A stretch of 40,516 nucleotides of DNA from positions 1-40,516 of the forward strand of contig JBDHAB010000027.1 in assembly GCA_039588295.1 (NCBI GenBank). The letters are read 5' to 3'. Made by a program: the position numbers and the translations under genes. Of the stretch, positions 9,389 to 17,172 are shown one piece after another. Source of the stretch: Gemmatimonadota bacterium (GTDB lineage: Bacteria > Gemmatimonadota > Gemmatimonadetes > Gemmatimonadales > GWC2-71-9). The notes below the pieces were generated by a model. The model was not told where the DNA came from, searched no databases, and worked only from the letters and a program-made list of their open reading frames with translations. Every line of letters begins with the position of its first letter. Positions within the stretch are counted from its first letter, which is position 1.

Positions 9389-10281
9389 GGGGCGGACTGT
9401 GGCGCCGCATCAAGGAAGTGGCGCTCACCGATGTCACGGTCCTGGTGCGAGGGCTCGATCACGACACGCTGGAAAACATTGAGCGTGTTCTCGTGGAGGC
9501 TGATTTCGGTCCCGCGGCCTTTGAGCTTGCCGAAGAGCTTGAGCAGATGCTGCGCCGCGGTACCCTGAAGTCGACCGACGCCGTGCGGACGTGGCTCACC
9601 CAGAGGATCGCCACCTACGTGGCCCATGGTGAAGCGCCCACCGGGCTCCAATTGGGAGATGGCGCTGCGCCCGGCGTGATCCTCGTGCTCGGCGTGAATG
9701 GCGTTGGAAAAACCACCACGATCGCCAAGCTCGCATCCCGCCTCCTGAGCCAGGGGCGGTCCGTGCTCCTTGCCGCGGCGGACACCTACCGGGCCGGCGC
9801 TCGCGAACAGTTGCGTGTCTGGGCGGATCGACTCGGTGTGCCCTGCGTGGTTGGCAGTCAGGGGGGTGATCCCGCGGCCGTGGCGTTCGACGCCATTGAC
9901 GCGGCGAACGGGCGAGGGAGCGACGTCGTCTTGATCGATACGGCCGGGCGGTTGCACACGCACGGGGACTTGATGGACGAGTTGAAGAAGATCGCCCGTG
10001 TCGTGTCGCGCCGGGCGCCTGGAGCGCCGCACGAAACGTTGCTCGTGCTCGATGCCACGGTGGGACAGAATGCGCTGCAACAGGGACGCCTCTTCGCCGA
10101 GGCGGTACCGGTCAGCGGGATCGTGCTCACCAAGCTCGACGGCACGGCAAAAGGAGGGGCCGTGCTGCGCGTCGAGCGCGAACTGGGACTGCCCATTCGG
10201 TACGTCGGGGTTGGGGAGGGAGTTGAGGACCTCGAGCCGTTCGATGCCGCACGGTTCGCTGAGCAGCTGCTGGCGGACTGA
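9385..10281 (+). CDS. ftsY: SRP receptor GTPase FtsY (NG domain only)
   Basis: GVNGVGKTTT, DTYRAGA, DTAGR and TKLDGTAKGG motifs; ATG at 9385 overlaps the upstream stop (ATGA). Confidence 0.97.
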   Translation: MRGGLWRRIKEVALTDVTVLVRGLDHDTLENIERVLVEADFGPAAFELAEELEQMLRRGTLKSTDAVRTWLTQRIATYVAHGEAPTGLQLGDGAAPGVILVLGVNGVGKTTTIAKLASRLLSQGRSVLLAAADTYRAGAREQLRVWADRLGVPCVVGSQGGDPAAVAFDAIDAANGRGSDVVLIDTAGRLHTHGDLMDELKKIARVVSRRAPGAPHETLLVLDATVGQNALQQGRLFAEAVPVSGIVLTKLDGTAKGGAVLRVERELGLPIRYVGVGEGVEDLEPFDAARFAEQLLAD

Positions 10282-12365
10282 TGACGCTGCGACTGGATAC
10301 GGCGGTGCAGTTCCTCAAGGGCGTTGGCCCGCACCGGGCTGAAGCGCTGGCACGGCTCGGGGTCGAGACCGTGGAAGATCTCCTCTATCATGTCCCGCAC
10401 CGCTACCTGGACGCCACGACGGTGACCCCGATTGCCAAGGCCGTCGTGGGTAGTGAGGTCGCCATCGTCGGCCGGGTGGTTTCCAAGGCCGTGGTCCCGA
10501 CCCGGCGGCGGCTCAGGATCTTTCGGGCGGTCTTGCGAGACTCGAGCGGCATCATCGAGTGTGCATGGCCCGGTCAGGCGTTTCTCGATCGGGTCATCGA
10601 CAAGGGGCAGTTGGTGCTGGTGACCGGGCCGGTCAAGTACTACCACGGTCGGCAGGTCGTGCCGCGTGAGCAGATCGTCTTGGCAGATGCTGACGAATCC
10701 GACGAGAACGATGCCGAGGGTTCGGTCGCGCAGGGGTTGGTGCTCCCGGTCTACCCTGCGACGGAAGGGTTGAGCCATCGTCAGATTCGCCGGCTGATTG
10801 CCGAGCATCTGGATGCCATGCTCGAGACCGTCGAGGACGCGCTGCCGGCGGAGCTTGGGAAGTCCGCCGGGGTCGTTGGTCTCCGGGAAGCGCTGCTCGC
10901 GCTCCATCGTCCCGCATCGCCCTCCATCGCCGAGACCGGAAGACGCCGCCTGGCACTGGACGAGCTCTTCGATCTTCAGCTCGTGGTGGCGCGCGCACGG
11001 CACGTGGCAAAGAGTGCTCGAAAGGGACCGCACTTCGAGCTCAAGAAGACGCACACCACTCAGCTCAAGGACTCGCTGCCGTTCGAGCTGACCGCCGATC
11101 AGAAACGGGCGGTTCGCGAAATCACCGCGGACATGATCGGTGACAAACGCATGCATCGACTGCTGATGGGTGATGTCGGGACGGGGAAGACCGTCGTCGC
11201 GCTGTTCGCGATGTTGCTCGCCGTCGAGAACGACTATCAGGCCGTGTTCATGGCGCCCACGGAGCTGTTGACCGAGCAACACGGGCGGACGCTTTCCGAC
11301 TTTCTCGCGCCGCTAGGCATGATGCCGGAGGTCCTGTTGGGCCGACTGTCCCAATCCGAAAAGGCCGCGATCCGCGGCCGGATCGCGGCGGGAGGCGCGC
11401 GGGTGATTGTCGGGACGCACGCGCTGTTCCAGGAGCAGACCGACTTCCACCGGCTGGGGCTCGTCGTGATCGACGAGCAACATCGGTTCGGCGTCGAGCA
11501 ACGGGCGGCCCTGATCGAGAAGGGCGAGGCACCCGACGTGCTGCTCCTCTCGGCCACCCCGATCCCGCGCACGCTCGCGCTCACACTGTATGGCGATCTC
11601 GACATCTCGACGCTCAAACAGAAGCCCAAAGGGCAGCGGCCCGTGAAGACCGGAGTGCGCTCCGGTCGTGATCGACAGCAGATCTACGCGTTCTTGCGGG
11701 AGAGCTGCCAGGCGGGTCGCCAGGCCTACGTGGTGTATCCGGTAATTGACGAATCGGAGAAGGTCGATCTCAAGGCCGCGACGACGATGGCCGAGTCCCT
11801 CACGGAGGAACTCGCTCCCCAATCCGTCGCACTGGTACACGGTCGAATGAAGGCGGACGAGCGGGACGCGGTAATGCGGTCATTCCGAGACGGTGAAGTC
11901 GACGTGCTTGTGGCCACGACGGTCATCGAAGTCGGGATCGACGTTCCCAATGCCACCGTGATGGTCATCGAGCACCCGGAGCGCTTCGGCTTGGCACAGC
12001 TCCATCAGTTGCGCGGTCGGGTGGGGCGCGGGGCGGACGAGAGCCACTGCGTGCTGCTCACCGAAGTGCCGGACCAGCGCGACCGGCTCCGGCCCTTCGC
12101 GCGCACCACCGACGGCTTCAAGATCGCCGAGTTGGATCTCAAGGATCGCGGGATAGGTGAGCTGGCGGGCACGAGGCAGGCGGGTGGCTTCAACTTGCGC
12201 TTCGCCGATCTGGAACGGGACGGCGATCTGGTGGTGAGTGCGCGGCGGGCGGCAATGGACCTGATCGCCAGCGATGCTACCCTCACGCGGAAAGCCCATC
12301 TGGGCCTGAGGCGAAGGATCGAGCGGCGTTACGAGCGGGGCATCGAGTTGTTCCGCGTTGGGTAA
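10281..12365 (+). CDS. recG: ATP-dependent DNA helicase RecG
   Basis: Wedge domain, GDVGTGKT, DEQHRFG, SATPIPRT and QLHQLRGRVGR motifs. Confidence 0.98.
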   Translation: MTLRLDTAVQFLKGVGPHRAEALARLGVETVEDLLYHVPHRYLDATTVTPIAKAVVGSEVAIVGRVVSKAVVPTRRRLRIFRAVLRDSSGIIECAWPGQAFLDRVIDKGQLVLVTGPVKYYHGRQVVPREQIVLADADESDENDAEGSVAQGLVLPVYPATEGLSHRQIRRLIAEHLDAMLETVEDALPAELGKSAGVVGLREALLALHRPASPSIAETGRRRLALDELFDLQLVVARARHVAKSARKGPHFELKKTHTTQLKDSLPFELTADQKRAVREITADMIGDKRMHRLLMGDVGTGKTVVALFAMLLAVENDYQAVFMAPTELLTEQHGRTLSDFLAPLGMMPEVLLGRLSQSEKAAIRGRIAAGGARVIVGTHALFQEQTDFHRLGLVVIDEQHRFGVEQRAALIEKGEAPDVLLLSATPIPRTLALTLYGDLDISTLKQKPKGQRPVKTGVRSGRDRQQIYAFLRESCQAGRQAYVVYPVIDESEKVDLKAATTMAESLTEELAPQSVALVHGRMKADERDAVMRSFRDGEVDVLVATTVIEVGIDVPNATVMVIEHPERFGLAQLHQLRGRVGRGADESHCVLLTEVPDQRDRLRPFARTTDGFKIAELDLKDRGIGELAGTRQAGGFNLRFADLERDGDLVVSARRAAMDLIASDATLTRKAHLGLRRRIERRYERGIELFRVG

Positions 12366-12380
12366 CGGGGGCTCGGCTCA

Positions 12381-12537
12381 GCTCGCCCACCTGAATCGAC
12401 CAGGCACCCTGACAAGCCCGGAGGCCAAGACGCGTTAGGATCGGCGTCCCCTGCCGAACCGCAGGCAGAGAATGGGCTTTCGGGCTCCAGATAGCGTGGT
12501 CAAGAAGCCGCCGCGAGGGGCAGCACTGCGTGGGGGC
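12381..12537. ncRNA. Structured intergenic RNA, candidate 6S (ssrS)-like
   Basis: Nested stems: CCCAC 12386-90/GTGGG 12530-34; GACCA 12398-402/TGGTC 12497-501; 12-bp AGCCCGGAGGCC 12415-26/GGCTTTCGGGCT 12475-86; two apical hairpins; GCGA-loop hairpin 12507-21. GGTCAAG...GGCAGCAC resembles the 6S 3' conserved region. Strand and ends uncertain. Confidence 0.55.
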
Positions 12538-12547
12538 AAGGTTGTCG

Positions 12548-12572
12548 CCGCTCCTTCTGGCTGAAGGCGCGG
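12548..12572. other. GC-rich hairpin next to the ncRNA candidate (possible terminator or processing stem; no U-tract)
   Basis: CCGC-t-CCTTC-tggct-GAAGG-c-GCGG. Confidence 0.3.
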
Positions 12573-12601
12573 AAGCTAACCCGCAGGTGCAATCGCCACC
12601 C

Positions 12602-12629
12602 TTGACATATCAATATCCATTGATACATT
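12602..12629 (+). promoter_or_regulatory. Sigma70-type promoter of arsR overlapped by ArsR operator 1
   Basis: TTGACA (12602-07), 16-nt spacer, TG-n-TACATT (-10 at 12624-29). Inverted repeat TATCAAT-ATCC-ATTGATA (12608-25) fills the spacer. ATG lies 6 nt after the -10. Confidence 0.75.
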
Positions 12630-12635
12630 AGGCTC

Positions 12636-12962
12636 ATGCCGGCCAAAACCACCCAGCGCGACCTCTCGGTCACCTGCTGCCGGGCCCTGTCCGACGACAC
12701 GCGCTTCCGCATCCTGGAGGTGCTCGTCGGTAAGGAGACGTGCGTATGCGAGCTGGTTGATCGGCTGGACGTCCCGCAGCCGCTCTTGTCGCATCACTTG
12801 AAGACGCTCAAGGAGGCGGGGTTGGTCCGCGCGCAGAAGCGAGGACGGTGGATGTTCTACACGCTGGATGCCGATGCGTTGGAGGAAACGGCGAACGCCC
12901 TCGCCCAGCTCGCACAGCAACAGCGCAGTGCGGGCGAGAGCCTCGAGGTATGCTGCGGGTAA
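12636..12962 (+). CDS. arsR: ArsR/SmtB-family metalloregulator
   Basis: ALSDDTRFRIL, ETCVCEL, LSHHLKTLKEAGLV and RGRWMFY motifs; upstream of arsM. Confidence 0.93.
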   Translation: MPAKTTQRDLSVTCCRALSDDTRFRILEVLVGKETCVCELVDRLDVPQPLLSHHLKTLKEAGLVRAQKRGRWMFYTLDADALEETANALAQLAQQQRSAGESLEVCCG

Positions 12963-12985
12963 CTCGACCTTTTTTTGACTCAATA

Positions 12986-13003
12986 CATCAATGAATATTG
13001 ATG
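12986..13003. promoter_or_regulatory. ArsR operator 2, upstream of arsM
   Basis: Perfect inverted repeat CATCAAT-GAAT-ATTGATG with the same core as operator 1; TTGACT at 12975-80 just upstream. Confidence 0.7.
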
Positions 13004-13020
13004 AGAAAGCGAGCTGGGTG

Positions 13021-13779
13021 ATGACGAAGCAGACGAAGGATGTGAAGAATGCGGTTCGCGAGCGGTATGCGTCGGCGGCGCTCAAAGTGCTGGATGGTGG
13101 ATCGGGGTGCTGCGGCACCAGCTCTCGCTGCGATCCCGTGAGCGCCGACATCTACGAGCCCGGTGACGTGACCGACCTGCCCCAAGGTGCGGTGGCGGGG
13201 TCGCTCGGCTGCGGGAATCCGGCGGCGCTCGCGGAATTGTCGCCCGGAGAGACTGTGCTGGACCTCGGATCGGGCGGCGGGATCGACGTGCTGTTGTCTG
13301 CCCGGCGCGTCGGGCCCACGGGCAAAGCCTACGGCCTCGACATGACTGACGAGATGCTAGAGCTGGCGCGCAAGAACCAGCAAGAGGCCGGTGTCGAGAA
13401 CGTCGAGTTCCTCAAGGGCGAGATCGAAGACATCCCGCTGCCTGACCGGTCAGTCGACGTCATCATCTCCAACTGCGTCATCAACCTGTCGGCGGACAAG
13501 TCGCGCGTGTTTCAGGAGGCCTACCGGGTGCTTCGACCCGGTGGCCGCCTTGCGGTGAGCGACATTCTCTCCCGAGGGCCGCTCGGCAAGGCGGTTCGCG
13601 CCAGCATCGAGCTGTGGTCCGCCTGCGTCGCGGGCGCCTTGGAAGAGAACGACTACCGGCGGGAGCTTGAGAACGCCGGCTTTACGGACGTCGGCGTGGA
13701 GGTGACGCGCTCGTTCTCGGTCCCCGGCATCGGCGGGTTCGTGAGCGCATTCGTGCGGGCAACGAAGGCGGCGGACTAA
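13021..13779 (+). CDS. arsM: Arsenite S-adenosylmethionine methyltransferase
   Basis: VRERYA...[30 protein letters not shown] and WSACVAGAL motifs. Start chosen at ATG 13021 (GTG 13018 possible); ATG 12991 falls inside the operator. Confidence 0.93.
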   Translation: MTKQTKDVKNAVRERYASAALKVLDGGSGCCGTSSRCDPVSADIYEPGDVTDLPQGAVAGSLGCGNPAALAELSPGETVLDLGSGGGIDVLLSARRVGPTGKAYGLDMTDEMLELARKNQQEAGVENVEFLKGEIEDIPLPDRSVDVIISNCVINLSADKSRVFQEAYRVLRPGGRLAVSDILSRGPLGKAVRASIELWSACVAGALEENDYRRELENAGFTDVGVEVTRSFSVPGIGGFVSAFVRATKAAD

Positions 13780-14111
13780 GCCACGGCTTGGTCCGCCTTC
13801 GCGGCCAGGATGAAGTCGCTTTCGGTGAGACCGTCGATCTTGTGCGTCCAGATCTTGAGACCGACCTTGCCCCAGGACAGGTAGATGTCGGGGTGGTGGC
13901 CCTCGTCCTCTGCGATCGCGCCAAGCCGATTGGTGAAGGCGAGTGCCTGAACGAAGTCGTCGAGCGTGTACTCCTTCTCGAGATGGTGGTCGTCGACGGC
14001 CCGCCAGTCGCCACCGAGTTGCTTGAGGAGTCGCTGGATCTCCGATCCGGCGAGCGGGGGCACGCCACCCCGGCACGGTACACACTTCTTCGCTGCAAGC
14101 TCACTTGCCAT
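13776..14111 (-). CDS. phhB: Pterin-4-alpha-carbinolamine dehydratase (PCD/PhhB-like)
   Basis: EGHHPDI, WTHKIDGLTESDFILAAK, N-terminal CVPC; GGAGGA Shine-Dalgarno upstream. Confidence 0.92.
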   Translation of the reverse strand: MASELAAKKCVPCRGGVPPLAGSEIQRLLKQLGGDWRAVDDHHLEKEYTLDDFVQALAFTNRLGAIAEDEGHHPDIYLSWGKVGLKIWTHKIDGLTESDFILAAKADQAVA

Positions 14112-14168
14112 GTCGTCCTCCCAGGAAATCGGTGCGTCGACGGGCGAGCGGTAGGTTCTCGCTGCCGG

Positions 14169-14693
14169 TCAGAACCGCAGCGCGAGTCCCAACCGTTGCG
14201 GTGTTGTGTAGAGTTCCAAGGGCGTCAGCGGGATGGTCGCGCCCACCTCGTCGCCGGAGTAGAGCAGGTCGATCAGGAACATCGCACCAGCGGCTACGAG
14301 CGTCAGCTGGCCACCGAGCAGATAGCTGCGCGCGCCGCTCTCGAACCTGGAGTAGTCCTGCCATAGTGCCTCAGCCTCATCGGCCGCGTATCGCTGACCG
14401 CCGCCGGTGGGATCGGTCACGATCTCGCAGAGCGTGAGGTCCGACTGGCACAGCGTCTCCAGCCGATCGAAGCGGTCGTTTGCCGATCCGTGGCGCGCAG
14501 CGGCAAGTCCGATGAGGCCGCCGGCGCCCGCGAGCGCTGCCCACCGCCCCCAATGGGAGACAGCCACGTACCATGGCCGCGACCGATCGACGCCGACTTC
14601 CTGAGCGGCCAGCGGCGCGAGCGAGGAGGCCAGGGCGGACATCACCACCGCGCCAACGGTAGCGGACCGAGTCCAACGGCTCTGTGAACTCAT
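14169..14693 (-). CDS. Exported/membrane hypothetical protein (174 aa)
   Basis: Signal peptide ending LAA-Q; two hydrophobic Gly-rich segments; C-x6-C pair; C-terminal GLALRF. Starts 25 bp after the beta-propeller gene. Confidence 0.7.
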   Translation of the reverse strand: MSSQSRWTRSATVGAVVMSALASSLAPLAAQEVGVDRSRPWYVAVSHWGRWAALAGAGGLIGLAAARHGSANDRFDRLETLCQSDLTLCEIVTDPTGGGQRYAADEAEALWQDYSRFESGARSYLLGGQLTLVAAGAMFLIDLLYSGDEVGATIPLTPLELYTTPQRLGLALRF

Positions 14694-14718
14694 CGTGGGG
14701 CAATACCGGTGAACGGGC

Positions 14719-15825
14719 TCATGGTTCCGTACGGGTACCGTTCGCGGCGGTCCACGTATGGATCTCTCCGTTCCCGTCAACGACCAGCAGCATGCCGTCG
14801 TGCAGCATCGGCGCGTGCTCGATCGGTCCGGCCACGCGGTCCACCACGGTCGGCGCTCCCGTTTGGGGTACCCAGAGAATCTCGCCACTGATGGTCCCGA
14901 TGAGAACACCGTTTTCTACAGGCATTGGGGGCGCCCGCACCGCCAAGCCCAGGTCCTGCCGGCGCGTCGCGCTGGGGTCATCGAGTGGGATCCGCCACAG
15001 ACCCCCGTCGAGTGTCACGACGAACACGGTGTCACGCGCGATTGCCGGGTTGCCGAACACCGGCTCGCTGAGCGGGACCTCCCACTGAATCCGCAGGGTG
15101 CGCGTGTCAAACGCGGACACGAGGCCGTCAGGCGAGTTCGCGATCAGGAGGGAACCGACGACAGCTGGGGGACGGTGGATGGCACCCTCGGTACCGACGC
15201 TCGCGATGCGCTGCCCGGAGACCCGTGCGAGCAGATACAGCGAATCATCGGTTGCCACGACCAGCTGGGATCCGAGCACCGTGACACCGGCGCGCAGTGG
15301 TCGCTGGAATCGACGTTCCCAACGGACGCGCCCGTCCGTGGCATCCAGCGCAACCAGCCGCCCCGCTGCGGTGGCGGCGTAGACGTCGTCGGCGAAAGCG
15401 GCGAGCGGCCCGACGACGGGACCGAGTGTTCTCGACCAGCGCCGCTTGCCGCGCTCAAAGTCGTACGCAGACACACTGCCATCCCGGTTCCCGCTGGCGG
15501 CATAGACGTGATTCTCGTCGAAGAGCGCGCCCGCACTGCCCGGTCCCGAGAGGCGAGATCGCCACACGATGTCGCCGGTCGCTCGCCGGAGCAGCATGAT
15601 GCGTCGGTCGGACGACACGGAGACGACGACGCTGTCTCCGATGCCGACGGGCCCGGCCGCGGCCTTCCCGACGTCGCGATTCCATGCTGGTTCGAGGTCC
15701 GACGGCATGGCCTCTCGCGCGGATGGCGCGCGTGCCAGCACGGCCAAGTATGTGGTCCAGGTCCGTGTCTCCCGCTCCGGTGCTGCAACGCGTGTGGGGA
15801 CGCACGCGAGCGCGTTGACAGTCAT
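14719..15825 (-). CDS. PQQ-binding-like beta-propeller (BamB-like) probable lipoprotein
   Basis: Repeated A-x-D-x-x-x-G-x-x-x-W blades (ATGDIVW, AYDFERGKRRW, ALDATDGRVRW); lipobox-like ALAC. Start uncertain; nearest ATG is 15825. Confidence 0.85.
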   Translation of the reverse strand: MTVNALACVPTRVAAPERETRTWTTYLAVLARAPSAREAMPSDLEPAWNRDVGKAAAGPVGIGDSVVVSVSSDRRIMLLRRATGDIVWRSRLSGPGSAGALFDENHVYAASGNRDGSVSAYDFERGKRRWSRTLGPVVGPLAAFADDVYAATAAGRLVALDATDGRVRWERRFQRPLRAGVTVLGSQLVVATDDSLYLLARVSGQRIASVGTEGAIHRPPAVVGSLLIANSPDGLVSAFDTRTLRIQWEVPLSEPVFGNPAIARDTVFVVTLDGGLWRIPLDDPSATRRQDLGLAVRAPPMPVENGVLIGTISGEILWVPQTGAPTVVDRVAGPIEHAPMLHDGMLLVVDGNGEIHTWTAANGTRTEP

Positions 15826-15843
15826 CAGGGCGGCGGCTACGAT
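15815..15843 (+). promoter_or_regulatory. Sigma70-type promoter of asnS
   Basis: TTGACA (15815-20), N17, TACGAT (15838-43); asnS ATG 9 nt downstream, no Shine-Dalgarno. Confidence 0.7.
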
Positions 15844-15852
15844 TCCGGCCCT

Positions 15853-17151
15853 ATGCCGTCGCTGACGTACGTCACCGACCTTCCGGAGCGCATCGGGGAG
15901 GACGTGACCGTTCCCGGTTGGGTCGTCACGACCCGATCGAGCGGGAAGATCGCGTTTCTCGTTGTGCGAGACGGCACCGGGTACCTGCAATGCGTCCTGT
16001 CCAAACGCGATCTTCTTCCTGAGACGTGGGACACGCTCAAGACCCTCACGCAGGAGACGTCCGTCTCGCTCACGGGGACCGTTCGTTCGGATGAACGCGC
16101 CCCTGGGGGGGTGGAACTCACCGTCACTCATGTCGAGGTCTTGGGCGCCAGCACTGATTTTCCGATCACGCCCAAGGAACACGGCACGGCGTTCTTGCTG
16201 GAGCATCGCCACCTGTGGCTCCGTAGCAGACGGCAGGTTGCGATCATGCGTGTGCGTCATGAAGTGATCCAGGCCATCCGCGATTTCTTTTACGAGCGCG
16301 AGTTCATCCTCGTGGACACGCCGATCCTGACTGGGGCGATCGGCGAGTCGGCCGGTACCTTGTTCGAGACCGAGTACTTTGATCTGGGGCGCGCGTACCT
16401 GGCCCAGACCGGCCAGCTCTATCTCGAGGCCGCGGCGGCGGCCCTCAGCCGGGTGTACTGCTTTGGCCCTACCTTTCGCGCCGAGAAGTCCAAGACCCGA
16501 CGGCACCTGACGGAGTTTTGGATGGTGGAGCCGGAAATGGCCTGGCACGACTCGGATGATAATATGCGTCTCCAAGAGGAGTTCGTGTCGTACATCGTGG
16601 CACGATGCCTCGATCGCCGGGCCGAAGACCTCCGCGAGTTGGAGCGGGATACAACACCGTTGGAGCGTGTTGTGCCGCCGTTTCACCGCCTATCGTACAC
16701 GGATGCAGTGGCGCAGCTCCAGAAACACGGCACCGACATCAGGTGGGGCGCGGACCTCGGAGCCGACGAGGAGACACTGCTCGCGGAGGGACTCGACCGC
16801 CCCGTCTTCGTCTACAACTACCCCAGGGAGGTCCGGGCGTTCTACATGAAACAGAATCCGGACGACCCGCGCACCGTGCTCAACAACGACTGCCTGGCTC
16901 CTGAGGGGTACGGCGAGATCATCGGGGGGAGCCAGCGTGAAGACGACCACGATCTGTTGTTGGCGCGAATTCGCGACTTGGGACTTCCGGAAGCGAACTA
17001 CGGATGGTACCTCGACCTGCGGAAGCACGGGACGTTTGTTCACTCGGGCTTCGGGCTCGGAGTCGAGCGAACCGTCTCGTGGATCTGCGGGATCCAGCAC
17101 ATCCGGGAGTCGATCGCCTTCCCGAGGCTGATGACGAGGCTGTACCCGTAG
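15853..17151 (+). CDS. asnS: Asparagine--tRNA ligase
   Basis: RSSGKIAF OB-fold, QTGQLYLE, FRAEKSKTRRHLTEFWMVEPE, GEIIGGSQRE and HSGFGLGVER motifs. Confidence 0.97.
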   Translation: MPSLTYVTDLPERIGEDVTVPGWVVTTRSSGKIAFLVVRDGTGYLQCVLSKRDLLPETWDTLKTLTQETSVSLTGTVRSDERAPGGVELTVTHVEVLGASTDFPITPKEHGTAFLLEHRHLWLRSRRQVAIMRVRHEVIQAIRDFFYEREFILVDTPILTGAIGESAGTLFETEYFDLGRAYLAQTGQLYLEAAAAALSRVYCFGPTFRAEKSKTRRHLTEFWMVEPEMAWHDSDDNMRLQEEFVSYIVARCLDRRAEDLRELERDTTPLERVVPPFHRLSYTDAVAQLQKHGTDIRWGADLGADEETLLAEGLDRPVFVYNYPREVRAFYMKQNPDDPRTVLNNDCLAPEGYGEIIGGSQREDDHDLLLARIRDLGLPEANYGWYLDLRKHGTFVHSGFGLGVERTVSWICGIQHIRESIAFPRLMTRLYP

Positions 17152-17172
17152 CCTCCGGGAGGGCGCGAAGAC

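Noticed and set aside
12366..12600. SRP RNA (given nearby ftsY), tRNA, tmRNA, RNase P or a riboswitch as the identity of the structured RNA
   Set aside because: No SRP GGAA/GCAG domain-IV motif, cloverleaf, tmRNA ends or RNase P GAGGAAAGUCC. arsR has its own downstream promoter, so a riboswitch leader is unlikely.
12991..13020. ORF-track start of arsM at 12991
   Set aside because: This ATG lies within the operator palindrome; the ArsM-like N-terminus begins at 13018 or 13021.
14719..17151. Mutually overlapping 797-aa (+) and 655-aa (-) ORFs suggesting large dual-coding genes
   Set aside because: Each is a real gene (asnS, propeller) plus an antisense extension through the other. Extensions show no motifs; stop-poor antisense frames are expected at high GC.
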